Shown here one piece after another: positions 1 to 12,463 of a stretch of DNA of 64,000 nt. The notes below the pieces were generated by a model, which did not search any database, was not told where the DNA came from, and worked only from the letters and a program-made list of their open reading frames with translations. The stretch's first letter is position 1, and each line of letters begins with the position of its first letter. Both the position numbers and the translations under genes were made by a program. The DNA is from an uncultured Candidatus Saccharibacteria bacterium (GTDB lineage Bacteria > Patescibacteriota > Saccharimonadia > Saccharimonadales > CAYUUR01), in NCBI GenBank assembly GCA_964448075.1, contig CAYUUR010000002.1:645-64644 (forward strand), written 5' to 3'.

Positions 1-342
1 CACGTATGGCGACCCATCGCGATACAGATGTACTGCCATTCCGACTGATTCGCGGGCATCGTCTTCGTAGTAGCCTTTACCCAGCTTGCCTAGACTCACT
101 TCATCGGCACCCCACAGTTGAGCCGGAAACTTCGGTGACTGCCTTCGGTATAGGTCGGGGCATTTTGAGCCCTGACCCAGATAGTAGACTTCACCATTGT
201 CTGCTAGCCACTGTATTTCCGCATCGGGCAGAGACAATGTAGCAAGTGCAGCGCCTAATTGCCGCTCTCGTGTTTGTGAAACGCTGCGAGCAAAAATTAG
301 CCGTGCTGGCAATTCAGGTTGAAACTTCTCTAAATCACTCAT
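1..342 (-). CDS. Hypothetical protein, runs off the window edge
   Basis: Minus-strand frame open from ATG at 342 to position 1 (MSDLEKFQPELPARLIFARS...). A TATAGT -10-like box lies ~10 nt upstream. Not in the ORF track because it has no stop in the window. Confidence 0.6.
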   Translation of the reverse strand, partial: MSDLEKFQPELPARLIFARSVSQTRERQLGAALATLSLPDAEIQWLADNGEVYYLGQGSKCPDLYRRQSPKFPAQLWGADEVSLGKLGKGYYEDDARESVGMAVHLYRDGSPYV

Positions 343-383
343 TGATTTATATACTATAGCATGTAAATCGAGTTCTGCAAGTA

Positions 384-2978
384 CTACTCAGCGGCAATGA
401 CTTCGGTGGTTTCTTCATCGTCGTCTTCAGTGTCGGCAACGTGCTTAACAAGCGCGAGTGATGCAACGGTGTCTTTGTCATTCATACGCATGATGCGGAC
501 ACCTTGCGTGGCCCGACCGAGCGCAGGAATATCCTTCAGACCAAGACGGATGGTCTGACCCTGGGTTGAGATAATGATTACCTCGTCTTCTTCATCGGTC
601 AGAGCTTTTACGCCAATCAATTTACCTGTCTTGGTGTTCACTACAGCCGAACGGATACCAACACCGCCACGAGCGTGTGCCGTGAACTGAGCTATCTTGG
701 TACGCTTACCGTAGCCGTATTCACTGATAACAAAGATGTTGGTGTCTTCAGAGACAATATCCATACCAATCACCTGATCACCGGCGCGCAAACGGATGCC
801 ACGCACCCCGCGTGATACGCGACCCATTGGTCGTGCGTCTTTTTCATGGAAGCGGATAGCCTGTCCTTGTGAGGTCGAGATAACTACTTCGTTATCGCCG
901 GTTGTCATTCTGATCCAGCGTAATTCATCCCCTTCATCGAGGTTGATAGCAATCAGCCCTGTTTGACGGACATTCTGATACTGCTCAAACGCTGTCTTCT
1001 TCACGACGCCGCGTACCGTACACATCATCAGGTAGCCAGTCTTCTTGTCTTGCTTGCTGACGTTAATAACAGCGCTGACAGTTTCTTCTGGCTGGAGTTG
1101 CAATAGATTGACCAGTGCGACACCCTTGGCACTCAGAGAGGCCGCAGGAACTTCGTAAGTCTTCAGTCTGAATACGCGACCCTTATTGGTAAAGAACAGG
1201 AGGAAATCGTGCGTAGAAGCGTTCACAACGTGCTCGATGACGTCTTCTTCTCGCGTTACCATGCCACGCTTGCCCTTACCGCCACGGCCTTGTTTGCGGT
1301 ATTCGGCGATTGAGCTGCGCTTGATGTAGTTGGCGCTGGTCAATGTGACGGCCACTTGCTCATCAGGAATGAGATCTTCATCGCCGAGACGGTTGAGCTC
1401 TTGTGCTACAACTTTGGTACGACGATCGTCGCCAAATTGCTTCTTAAGGACAAGTAATTCTTCCTTGATGATGGCCAAGATCCGTTTTTCGTCCGCTAAA
1501 ATAGCCTCGAGTTCGGCGATAATCTTAAGGAGTTCGGCGAGTTCGTCCTCGATCTTCTTTCGTTCCAGACCAGCAAGCGTTCGCAGTTGCATAGCCAAGA
1601 TAGCCTTTGCCTGGATCTCAGAGAGCTTAAACTTCTTGATCAGATTAGCCTGGGCTTCCTCAGTTGTCTGGGAGGCCCGAATTGTCGCGATAACCTCGTC
1701 AATGTGATCAAGCGCGATCTTAAGACCCTCGAGGATGTGGGCACGGTCTTTAGCTTTACGGAGTTCAAATTCAGTACGACGGCGAACGACAGTACGACGG
1801 TGCTTGAGGTATTCCTCAAGGATATCTTTGAGCCCAAGCACTCGCGGCTGAATGCCGTCGATAAGCGCCAACATGTTGTAGTGGAAGGTTGTCTGTAGCG
1901 GCGTCATCTTATAGAGCTGGTTCAAAATTTTCTTAGGATAGGCATCTTTCTTGAGGTCAATGACCATACGGACTGCGCCACGCGCCGTTTCGTCACGAAG
2001 ATCAGATATACCCGTAATCTTCTTTTCCTTCACGAGGTCAGCTATCTTCTCGATCAGACTGGTTTTGTTGAGCGCGTACGGAATCTCGGTGATGATAATC
2101 TGATGCTTGCCCTTTTTGGACTCCTCAATATTTGCAACACCACGAACCACAACGCCGCCCTTACCCGTTGCGAACGCGGTACGAATAGAGTCAGCGCCGT
2201 AAATAATACCGCCCGTTGGGAAGTCAGGTCCTTTGACGTGCTTCAATAGGTCATCAAGCGTCGCCTCAGGGTTCTCGATGAGCTCAGTGATGGCGTCGAC
2301 AATTTCGTTAAGGTTGTGCGGTGGGATATTGGTTGCCATACCGACGGCAATACCCATCTGACCGTTCAGGAGTAGGTTTGGCAAGCGAGCCGGTAACACC
2401 TCTGGTTCCATTTCACTGCCATCGTAGTTCTCACGGAATGGCACGGTGTCTTTGTCGATGTCTTCGAGCAATGCTAGACCAGCCTTGGCCATACGCGCCT
2501 CTGTATAACGCTGGGCAGCTGGTGGATCACCATCCATTGAACCAAAGTTACCTTGACCGTCCACCAACAGATAACGGGTAGACCAGTCTTGCGCCAAGCG
2601 TACCATGGCGTCATAAATCGCTACATCACCGTGCGGGTGGTATTTACCCATTACATCACCGGTGATACGTGCGCTCTTCACATACTTTGATCCCGGCTTC
2701 CAGCCGTTCTTGTCCATAGAGTAGAGAATACGGCGGTGCACCGGCTTCATACCGTCACGCACATCTGGCAAGGCACGCGCAACAATCACACTCATGGAGT
2801 AACGCAGGTAGCTGTCTTCCATGACGTCTTCTACGGTACGGAGCTCAAGCGTTCGTGAGTGATCGCTACTAACGCGCTCAGAATTATCAAAGATGTTGTC
2901 TGGGTTACTTAGAATCTCACCGCTGTCTTTAGTGCTATCTGTTGTCATATCGTTATCGTCTTTTTTCTTGTCGTCCAT
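384..2978 (-). CDS. gyrA: DNA gyrase subunit A
   Basis: [33 protein letters not shown] (catalytic Tyr), GyrA-box QGRGGKG, C-terminal pinwheel repeats. Confidence 0.98.
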   Translation of the reverse strand: MDDKKKDDNDMTTDSTKDSGEILSNPDNIFDNSERVSSDHSRTLELRTVEDVMEDSYLRYSMSVIVARALPDVRDGMKPVHRRILYSMDKNGWKPGSKYVKSARITGDVMGKYHPHGDVAIYDAMVRLAQDWSTRYLLVDGQGNFGSMDGDPPAAQRYTEARMAKAGLALLEDIDKDTVPFRENYDGSEMEPEVLPARLPNLLLNGQMGIAVGMATNIPPHNLNEIVDAITELIENPEATLDDLLKHVKGPDFPTGGIIYGADSIRTAFATGKGGVVVRGVANIEESKKGKHQIIITEIPYALNKTSLIEKIADLVKEKKITGISDLRDETARGAVRMVIDLKKDAYPKKILNQLYKMTPLQTTFHYNMLALIDGIQPRVLGLKDILEEYLKHRRTVVRRRTEFELRKAKDRAHILEGLKIALDHIDEVIATIRASQTTEEAQANLIKKFKLSEIQAKAILAMQLRTLAGLERKKIEDELAELLKIIAELEAILADEKRILAIIKEELLVLKKQFGDDRRTKVVAQELNRLGDEDLIPDEQVAVTLTSANYIKRSSIAEYRKQGRGGKGKRGMVTREEDVIEHVVNASTHDFLLFFTNKGRVFRLKTYEVPAASLSAKGVALVNLLQLQPEETVSAVINVSKQDKKTGYLMMCTVRGVVKKTAFEQYQNVRQTGLIAINLDEGDELRWIRMTTGDNEVVISTSQGQAIRFHEKDARPMGRVSRGVRGIRLRAGDQVIGMDIVSEDTNIFVISEYGYGKRTKIAQFTAHARGGVGIRSAVVNTKTGKLIGVKALTDEEDEVIIISTQGQTIRLGLKDIPALGRATQGVRIMRMNDKDTVASLALVKHVADTEDDDEETTEVIAAE

Positions 2979-2979
2979 A

Positions 2980-4965
<1,986 letters not shown>

Positions 4966-5191
4966 TTAGTTTTCCCACTCGTTACAAATAGTATAACGGA
5001 ATTGGGCATTCTGTACAACTTCGTGAAGTCACAGGATTTAAGGGGTGGAATCTCTGTTTCCACGCGACTATTCCCCACTTCTCAGCACAAATTATACAAA
5101 AAGCATGACTTAGGCTTGTTTGAACACATGCTTTTATGGTTCAATAAGCAGTAGCATTATACACAAGTACATAAAAAGTAAAAGAAAAAAT

Positions 5192-6841
5192 ATGTTCAAT
5201 AAACTCATCGCTAACCTGCCCTTCAATCCAAGTCTGATAAATCAGGTGGCTTTTTACAGTAAGCGATTACGACGAGAAACCGCCATACGGCGTATGGGCT
5301 TTGTGTTTGTTGCTCTGACATTCTTTGTACAGATGTTTGCGGTATTTGCACCTCCTGAACCCTCACTCGCCGCCTCTGGCAACGATGTCATTTATGGTGG
5401 GTTCAGCTCCATTAGCGCTGCAGCTAATAACTGTAAGAGTGATACGCAGGACTTTCGGAAAATCCTCCAGCACTTTGGTATTACGTGTGAAAACATCGAA
5501 CTCGGCACCACCGTCCAGCTCGGACGTGGCGATTATAATGGACAGCTCTACTCAATGGGTCGTCACCGCGCGAGTCGCGGCTGGGACAAAGAAGTTCAGA
5601 TTGACGGCGCCGGCACTCTCTATATGGGGAAAACCGCAGATCGCTGGCGCGCTAGCAGCTTTAAAGCTATTTCCTTAACGAACTCAGCAGGTGCACAGTT
5701 CTATCTCTTATATGATTGCGGTAACCTCGTAACGGTTGGTCCGCCGACTATACCGCCGCCAGTGGAACCACCACCGCCACCACCTACGCCAGTGCGAGTT
5801 GTCGCCTGTAACCTATTATCGATGAGCCTTCCTGATGGCGGCACAGTAAAGGCTGGTTCACTCGTCAGTGTGCGTGGCCGCGCAGCTGGTCGTAACGTTG
5901 CAGCCAACGAATCAGTCAGTATGTATTACGAAATGACCAACAAAGACACTGGGGCTCGTGTTGGCTTTGTGCAAGAAGCACAAGGGGTTGAATTCTCCGA
6001 AAACGGACCTGGTGACCTCAGGTACGCATCTGACCCAACATGGCGCCGCTTCACCATCGACAATCCAGGCGTCTACCAATTCAAGCTGAGCGTTAAGTAT
6101 GACTCAGCCTCAAAGGACGCCATATTTAACGGTATCAATCACTGTCAGAAAACCATCACTGCAGAGAAAGAAGATGTTTGCCCAGAGTTACCGGGTGATC
6201 AAGACAGTTCAGACCAGTGTGAAGTGTGCCCTATTTCTGGCGATAACAACGAAGAGCTGTGTCTCATCCTAAGTAAGAAAGCTGCAAATGACACACAAAA
6301 CATCGATGACGCCAACGGAAAGGTTGCTCAACCGGGCGATCAAGTCACCTACACATTAACCGCGGCTAACAAAAACAAGAAAGTATACAGGGACTTTGTG
6401 GTTGAGGAACCGATCGCTGATGTCCTCGAGTACGCCGATATCGTTGACTTTCACGGCGGTAGACTTGAGACACTCAACGACGTGCAAATGGTGCTATGGC
6501 CCGAAACCGATATTCCAGCTAACGGCAGTATAGATAAACAACTCACTATCAAGATAAAAGACCCCTTGCCTGCCACCAACACGCCGGCATCCGACCCGGC
6601 ATCATTTGATATGCTCATGACCAACATTTACGGCAACAAGATAGACATTCCTCTGCCTCCACCCCCAAGTAAACGAGTTGAACAGACTATTGGCGCCCTG
6701 CCTAACACCGGTCCCGCTGAGAATCTCGCTGCCGCTGTACTGCTTACAACGTTTGTTGGATACTTCTTTGCCCGTAGTCGTCTTATGAGAAAAGAACTGG
6801 ACATTGTCAGAAGTGAATACGATGCAGGAGGCATAGCATGA
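5192..6841 (+). CDS. Cell-surface protein with DUF11/Ig-like domain and C-terminal LPxTG-like motif
   Basis: N-terminal TM segment, Pro-rich linker, 'AQPGDQVTYTLTAAN' DUF11-like segment, LPNTGP followed by a hydrophobic helix and basic tail. ATG at 5192 is preferred over TTG 5120. Confidence 0.75.
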   Translation: MFNKLIANLPFNPSLINQVAFYSKRLRRETAIRRMGFVFVALTFFVQMFAVFAPPEPSLAASGNDVIYGGFSSISAAANNCKSDTQDFRKILQHFGITCENIELGTTVQLGRGDYNGQLYSMGRHRASRGWDKEVQIDGAGTLYMGKTADRWRASSFKAISLTNSAGAQFYLLYDCGNLVTVGPPTIPPPVEPPPPPPTPVRVVACNLLSMSLPDGGTVKAGSLVSVRGRAAGRNVAANESVSMYYEMTNKDTGARVGFVQEAQGVEFSENGPGDLRYASDPTWRRFTIDNPGVYQFKLSVKYDSASKDAIFNGINHCQKTITAEKEDVCPELPGDQDSSDQCEVCPISGDNNEELCLILSKKAANDTQNIDDANGKVAQPGDQVTYTLTAANKNKKVYRDFVVEEPIADVLEYADIVDFHGGRLETLNDVQMVLWPETDIPANGSIDKQLTIKIKDPLPATNTPASDPASFDMLMTNIYGNKIDIPLPPPPSKRVEQTIGALPNTGPAENLAAAVLLTTFVGYFFARSRLMRKELDIVRSEYDAGGIA

Positions 6842-7401
6842 GCGAGAAATACATTCCCCGCCACGAACAGCGTGAGCATACACCTGACGCGCACGAAAAT
6901 GTTCATGAACATCAAGAGAGACTCGCCCGAAGCGTTGAACACGGTAAAGAAGCTCGTCATGAACAAGCCGAAAAACTCCCTGAGCTACAAGAACAAGCCA
7001 AAGCAGAAGCAATCAGCGGCAAAGAGTTCAGTGTTGCCGAAAAGGAACAACCCCAACCCGTAAGCAACCTTGAGATTAATCGATCGGTCAAAGAAGCATC
7101 GCGACGACGCGTTATGAAACGCGTACGACGTCATTTGCGGCCTGACGAACGTCTGTTGAGCAAAGTCACCCATCAACCCGTTGTAGACGCTGTCAGTCGT
7201 GCTGCCGAGAAAACCATTGCCCGTCCATCAGGACTTTTCGGTGGCGGCCTAGTTGCATTCGTCGGTAGTACTGCATATTTATGGATCGCCCGTCATTACG
7301 GCTATTCGTACAATTATTTCTTGTTCATTGCACTATTCGTTGGTGGCTTTTTCCTTGGGATGACGATTGAGCTACTCGTAAAAAGCCTTCGCAAGAAGTA
7401 A
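6838..7401 (+). CDS. Conserved hypothetical membrane protein (2 C-terminal TMs)
   Basis: ATGA overlap with the upstream stop, SD GGAGG, charged N-terminus then two hydrophobic helices. Confidence 0.75.
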   Translation: MSEKYIPRHEQREHTPDAHENVHEHQERLARSVEHGKEARHEQAEKLPELQEQAKAEAISGKEFSVAEKEQPQPVSNLEINRSVKEASRRRVMKRVRRHLRPDERLLSKVTHQPVVDAVSRAAEKTIARPSGLFGGGLVAFVGSTAYLWIARHYGYSYNYFLFIALFVGGFFLGMTIELLVKSLRKK

Positions 7402-7403
7402 CC

Positions 7404-10400
7404 TTACTTCACGCTCGAGTCTGATGAAGTCGGTGGAGTATCCGTTTTTGGCGTTGCCGATGTATCGGCTTCTTGTTTGGGATGAAGCATGCCTTCTTGA
7501 TCAATATATATAGTGTCGTTGCTTTCTTCGTGTACAACTGGCGTAGGGCTCCGACGCAACTTTATCTCACCTTCATGACCTGTTTTAACTGGAATATGCG
7601 GCTTAGGAGGTGGCGGCGTTACATGCAATGGCTGCAGCGATGGCTTTATTTCGGCTGGCTCAGCTTGGGCAGGCGACATATCAACGTGACTTGGCGGTTG
7701 AAGTGGCTGCTGTGGCTGAGTCACAGGTGTAGGCGCGGCGGCTGGAGGTGTATTCAAGTATGTATGGTGAGCTGTAGCAGCTGGTACTGGCGGCACCTGA
7801 CTGTGGTGCAACGGCTGTGGATACGCAGGAGGCATCGGTGCAGGTGTATGCTGGACAGCCGACGGGACACCTGCTGGCACTGGTGACGCGACAGGTCGCT
7901 GGCCAAATGCCGGTGCTGGTTGCGGTGGTACTTGTCTAGCCGGAGGAAAGCCTGTAGTCGGCGGCGGAGCAATTGGCTTCGTTCCACGCTTGGCAAGCCA
8001 GTCATCTAAGAATGAAGATCCGGCTGCAGGTCGCGGTGGCACGGCGCGCCCGGCAGGATACCCTGCTGGAGGATATTGACCAGCGGCCGGCATACCAGGT
8101 CGAGCGCCTGGTCTTGCGCCAGCTGGCGCCAATGGTGCAGGTTGTGACCGCAATCTTTCCATTATCTCACCGCTCACTTTTGCTCTTGGACGGCCATGCT
8201 TAGCCGCTGAGAGCTGTTTCAATGCCTGACCGAGTTGTGTATTAGGTTCACCCAAAAGTGGCACCGTAGACATACTAAAGGACTGCGTTGGAACACCGCC
8301 GATAAGCATTCGAACGATCGCGTTATGATTTGGCACGCGCTGCAGGTCATCGACGTCAAAAACAGGCGCAAATTGTTTGGCCAAGAATTCTGCGTCATTA
8401 GTGCCAACACGAAACGCAATTATTGAACCAATGTTACCAAATACCGCATCGCGAATCTCTTCTGTTAGCTGCGTAGTAAACTGGTTTGCCACTGTTAAGT
8501 TCAATCGATACTTCCGAGCCTCTGACAAAATCGTAGCAAAAGAATCAGTCGAGAAGTTCTGGAACTCATCAACGTACAAAGAGAAATCTTTGCGGTCATC
8601 TTCTGGGATATCTGACCGACTCATAGCTGCAGCCTGGAATTTCATTACAAAGATCATACCGAGAAGCTTGGAGTTTAACTCCCCTGTTTTTCCCTTGCTG
8701 AGATTAACAAGCAGTATCTTGCCTTCATCCATAATTTGTCTGATCTGAAAGGCGCTCTCTGTCTGTCCAATAATATTGCGCATCATCTCATTAGAGAGAA
8801 AGGCGCCAAACTTACTGGCCACCCAGCTCGTGACTTCTCCTGATTCATTGGAGCGCTGTGAGTTTGGCCATTCCTTTGTCCAGAAATCCAGGACGTTCTG
8901 ATCAGTAACGTGCTTAAGTTTTGCTTTCATAAATGCTGGGTCAACCAGTAACTTCGGTATATCAACGAACGTTCCACCTGCAGGGTCAGCCATCAGTAGG
9001 AGTGCACAGTTGCGGAAGATATGTTCAAACCGTGGCCCCATCATGCCCTGTCTGTTTGGATCATACAGCTTATATAGAATGTTGATAGCTTCCTGAATCA
9101 AGAAGTCTTTCTGGTCCGGGTTATCGAACTCAAACAAGTTAAGCCCGAGCGGATAGTCCATATCTGACGGACAGAAGTATATGACGTCTTCGGTACGCTC
9201 TTTTGGCACCATAGACAGTAATCGTTCGGCACCGTCGCCATGCGGGTCGATATACGCAAAGCCTTTACCGTTTAACATGTCCTGGAGTGCCAGATTTTCC
9301 ATCATGGTCGACTTACCAGTACCTGTTTGTCCAACAAGATACATGTGACGACGGCGATCTTCGTCAGCCAGTCGTATTGGCTTTTTGACACCGCGGAAGA
9401 CGTTGTAGCCAAGGAACGTCCCTGTCTCGCTCATACTGCGTGGCCCATCAGCTTGTTTAGAACTTTGACGCTCAAGCTGGGACGTTGGAATGTTCTTCTG
9501 GTCCGGGAAGTGGAAGATTGTTGCAAGCTCAACAGAGTTGAGAATATTCTGGTTACACTCCTGCGGGAAAAAGCGCAAAATATATGCTGTTACGAAGCTA
9601 TCGATGTCCTTCGATGGCGTAAACTTGAACCCGTTGCGCCCTGGCGCATCAAACAACGAGAATGAAGCAACGATATTACTCAATATCGTCTGTGAGCGCT
9701 GCACAACGTTTGACGAAGCTACAACGCGTATCAAAACTTCATAGCCTGGGTGGTTAGTCTTGTCATCTATCGCGTCAACGACCGACTGCTCATGAGATGA
9801 AAGATCAGGCTTGTCGCTACCTCCACCACTCTTGTCTTCTGGCGGTTTAACCAGCGCAGTTGCAAGCTGTTTACCCCACTCGCCGACTTGCGCAGTGCCT
9901 TTCTTGCTCTTATCACCTTTTCGTTTCTTACTTGCTACTGCCTGTGCAGTTTTGCGCCAGTCATTGTTTGCCGGTCGCATTAAGATCTGGATACCAGCTC
10001 CATCTTCTTTATCAAGCGTTGATAGCGCATTCAGAATCGACTGTAGAGCATCACGCTTGAGATCTCGGAATGTCGCGATCGGGTAGGCATATGGCTCCTT
10101 CAAAGTCAGCTCACCGCCAACCGTACCGCTGATCTTGCCCACCGGACTGAATATGTTATGTTCAGCAACCTCCTCAAGGCGTGCGGTCGGGTAGGCACTC
10201 ACAACCGCCTGCTTCACTACATCTACAAGTACAATTGGCACAGCAGCATAGAACTGTACAAAACCTCTCGAGCCGATAATTTCAAAAGCAAAATGCCTCT
10301 GGCCATAAAACTTCGTTTTGAAGCCTTTTTGTACGGTGCTCGATATAATATTGTAAACAACTTGTGCTTTGGAAACGTTTTCATCGTTTACTTCGCGAGC

Positions 10401-10586
10401 ATCACGTCCACCCACTTGGGTATCTTCACTTATTGGCGGTAAATGGATTAGGAGCGGCACCATCTTGAGGCCACGTTCGTAGTTCTTCTGCTCACGCAAT
10501 ACCTTCCTCGAGTGAAGATAAATAGCAAAACCTACCCCAGCAGCCAGTAGTAACAGTACGCAAAGAATGATTAAGAATACGCCCAC
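7404..10586 (-). CDS. VirD4/TraG/HerA-like membrane-anchored P-loop ATPase with long Pro-rich tail
   Basis: N-terminal TM, Walker A RRHMYLVGQTGTGKST, IDPHGD, Walker B LYVDEFQNF, SEARKY, ANQ. Confidence 0.88.
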   Translation of the reverse strand: MGVFLIILCVLLLLAAGVGFAIYLHSRKVLREQKNYERGLKMVPLLIHLPPISEDTQVGGRDAREVNDENVSKAQVVYNIISSTVQKGFKTKFYGQRHFAFEIIGSRGFVQFYAAVPIVLVDVVKQAVVSAYPTARLEEVAEHNIFSPVGKISGTVGGELTLKEPYAYPIATFRDLKRDALQSILNALSTLDKEDGAGIQILMRPANNDWRKTAQAVASKKRKGDKSKKGTAQVGEWGKQLATALVKPPEDKSGGGSDKPDLSSHEQSVVDAIDDKTNHPGYEVLIRVVASSNVVQRSQTILSNIVASFSLFDAPGRNGFKFTPSKDIDSFVTAYILRFFPQECNQNILNSVELATIFHFPDQKNIPTSQLERQSSKQADGPRSMSETGTFLGYNVFRGVKKPIRLADEDRRRHMYLVGQTGTGKSTMMENLALQDMLNGKGFAYIDPHGDGAERLLSMVPKERTEDVIYFCPSDMDYPLGLNLFEFDNPDQKDFLIQEAINILYKLYDPNRQGMMGPRFEHIFRNCALLLMADPAGGTFVDIPKLLVDPAFMKAKLKHVTDQNVLDFWTKEWPNSQRSNESGEVTSWVASKFGAFLSNEMMRNIIGQTESAFQIRQIMDEGKILLVNLSKGKTGELNSKLLGMIFVMKFQAAAMSRSDIPEDDRKDFSLYVDEFQNFSTDSFATILSEARKYRLNLTVANQFTTQLTEEIRDAVFGNIGSIIAFRVGTNDAEFLAKQFAPVFDVDDLQRVPNHNAIVRMLIGGVPTQSFSMSTVPLLGEPNTQLGQALKQLSAAKHGRPRAKVSGEIMERLRSQPAPLAPAGARPGARPGMPAAGQYPPAGYPAGRAVPPRPAAGSSFLDDWLAKRGTKPIAPPPTTGFPPARQVPPQPAPAFGQRPVASPVPAGVPSAVQHTPAPMPPAYPQPLHHSQVPPVPAATAHHTYLNTPPAAAPTPVTQPQQPLQPPSHVDMSPAQAEPAEIKPSLQPLHVTPPPPKPHIPVKTGHEGEIKLRRSPTPVVHEESNDTIYIDQEGMLHPKQEADTSATPKTDTPPTSSDSSVK

Positions 10587-10587
10587 G

Positions 10588-10992
10588 TTAGTCCTTGCTT
10601 ACCTTAATATCTTTGTTGTATCGCTTCTTTATGTAGTCGGCTTTTACCAGATTAATCTGTTTGTTCTGAAGATGTGGGTCGTTTCGAGTGTTGTCAACGA
10701 TAGCTTTAGCTTTGTTAACCCACTCTTTTTCAATTAAATCCGCGTCATCGGCCATCAGTTGATCGTCACTGAGTGGCGTTGTCGTGCCTGTTGTGGAGGT
10801 GGTAGCAGGATTGGGCACCGCAGGTATAGCAACGCTCGGCACAGAAATAGACGGCGCTTGCGGTGCTGCCTCTGGACCTATGGCAGAACCTTCGCTTGCC
10901 AGACGTTCTGCGAGAGGATCAACTGCACTCACCTCAGGCTGCGGCTTGGGCAAATTATAGTTTTGTGAGTGGTCGTTACTATTTAGGTTCAT
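10588..10992 (-). CDS. Conserved hypothetical protein (Saccharibacteria type)
   Basis: Low-complexity N-terminus and 'ADDADLIEKEWVNKAK...TRNDP' C-terminal domain. Abuts the ATPase gene. Confidence 0.75.
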   Translation of the reverse strand: MNLNSNDHSQNYNLPKPQPEVSAVDPLAERLASEGSAIGPEAAPQAPSISVPSVAIPAVPNPATTSTTGTTTPLSDDQLMADDADLIEKEWVNKAKAIVDNTRNDPHLQNKQINLVKADYIKKRYNKDIKVSKD

Positions 10993-11039
10993 CGTTGGTA
11001 TGAATTATAGCAAATAAACCTTTAGCTTAACAGAGGCGT

Positions 11040-11390
11040 TTATTGGTTAAAAATATGACTTTTCCGAACATAAAAAACTGTCATTATTAACAGAGTGGCT
11101 AGTAGCAAAATATCGCGAATAGTTAACTGTTCAACAGAGCTCAGCACTAACAGAAATGTCGGTACCGCCGACGCTGAAACGGCAAGCAAACTCACCCGTG
11201 TAACAGACATATTTGGAGTAACCTGATGTAAAAAATACTTAGCAGAATGGTACAAAGCAGCAAAAAAAAGCACAAACGGCACTATAAGCAAAGGTAATGG
11301 AGCGTCTTGGGGGTTCAATAAAAAGATCATGGCCGCCAAAGCCAGCCAAAAAGCTACAATCAGTAGAATTTGCTTATGTTTTTTTACCAT
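11040..11390 (-). CDS. 4-TM hypothetical membrane protein
   Basis: Four hydrophobic helices. Start moved to ATG 11390 (MVKKHK) because the longer ORF runs through an upstream terminator. Confidence 0.7.
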   Translation of the reverse strand: MVKKHKQILLIVAFWLALAAMIFLLNPQDAPLPLLIVPFVLFFAALYHSAKYFLHQVTPNMSVTRVSLLAVSASAVPTFLLVLSSVEQLTIRDILLLATLLIMTVFYVRKSHIFNQ

Positions 11391-11412
11391 GCCTACACTG
11401 TAGCAGTTCATT

Positions 11413-11442
11413 AAAAAAACATCACGTACTCTGTGATGTTTT
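11413..11442 (-). terminator. Intrinsic terminator
   Basis: AAAACATCAC-agagtac-GTGATGTTTT followed by TTT on the minus strand. Confidence 0.75.
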
Positions 11443-11616
11443 ATGCGGTTCAAAATGGTAGCCAGGACGACAAAACCGCTGCTTTAAATAGACTAATGAG
11501 CGCTTGCCGTCCGATGGCTTGACTGACCGCTCATACTGCGCTTTAGGCGTAGCAGAGCGACGAAGACCTTAGAACCTTTTGAAGAGATTTGTAAGTTTTT
11601 GTGTTCGTAACTTACG
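11413..11616 (-). ncRNA. Candidate orphan structured sRNA (~200 nt)
   Basis: Bounded by a TTGACA-17-TAGATT promoter and an intrinsic terminator. Contains a rod-like fold (11449-11455/11577-11583; 11496-11502/11528-11534). Confidence 0.55.
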
Positions 11617-11622
11617 CTTATT

Positions 11623-11651
11623 AATCTACTACAGCATAAGCACTTTGTCAA
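11623..11651 (-). promoter_or_regulatory. Near-consensus sigma70 promoter
   Basis: TTGACA (11651-11646), 17-nt spacer, TAGATT (11628-11623). Confidence 0.75.
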
Positions 11652-11729
11652 TAGTGTTCTGTACCGTATAGCACAACGTTACAGATCTAAAATTGAACAA
11701 TTATTTATTGTGATTTTTACACTGATCTA

Positions 11730-12275
11730 TTAGTTATGCATTGTTTCTGCGGCAAATATTGCAGCTGGACTGATACGTAAATGGTTTTGCAACATATCAA
11801 CAGCACGTATAATCTTAGTGCGCGATACGCGCTTTTGTGCGCCATCCCATGGGTCAAATATTGTCATCGTTTTGGCACTCGAAGCCAGTACTAATACGAA
11901 ATGTGGATAATGATAATAGGATCCCAACGCGTGATTATCGACATATAGTATGTACGGACGGCTAACGGGATGTTCAAGTAGCTCGGGGATCGAGGTGTAA
12001 TCAATTGAAACGTACTGGTTAGAAAACTGACGTTGCAGCTGGTTTGCATACCCTTTATTGCCAAAACTTATAACTAAGGCACGATTCCGGGCGCCGTAGC
12101 GAACAAACGCCATAAGCATACTCAGTGCGAAATTATCCCGGAAACCAAAAAAACCTTGCTGCATCATGAATCGTTCATAAGTCTCATCGGGCTCTAGGCC
12201 GCAAAGATAGGCCAAACACACACTCAGGCATCCTTGCCCACTCCGCTGTCGATAGTTAAGTTCTCTCATGCCCAT
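11730..12275 (-). CDS. C39-like (papain-fold) cysteine peptidase
   Basis: Q-x5-C (RQRSGQGC), H in YPHFVLV, D in IFDPWDG. Confidence 0.7.
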   Translation of the reverse strand: MGMRELNYRQRSGQGCLSVCLAYLCGLEPDETYERFMMQQGFFGFRDNFALSMLMAFVRYGARNRALVISFGNKGYANQLQRQFSNQYVSIDYTSIPELLEHPVSRPYILYVDNHALGSYYHYPHFVLVLASSAKTMTIFDPWDGAQKRVSRTKIIRAVDMLQNHLRISPAAIFAAETMHN

Positions 12276-12428
12276 ATATGCTAGCTTTTGTATTTATATA
12301 TACAAGAGCTTTGGATTTTACCGTCTGTGAGCCGAATTTTGATGCTGATTGGCCGTTTTTTGCCACAAGACGTACTGCAGATAAGAAAAGTTATACACAG
12401 GTTTGTGAAGAAAACAAACATAAACGTG

Positions 12429-12457
12429 TTGACATAGAAATGGCTTGTTTATAAGAT
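12429..12457 (+). promoter_or_regulatory. sigma70 promoter preceded by DnaA-box-like sites
   Basis: TTGACA-17-TAAGAT, with TTATACACA at 12391-12399 plus degenerate boxes nearby. Confidence 0.65.
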
Positions 12458-12463
12458 AGGGAC

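Noticed and set aside
6-242. 78-aa plus-strand ORF
   Set aside because: It is antisense to a longer minus-strand ORF (342 to <1) that has a plausible promoter.
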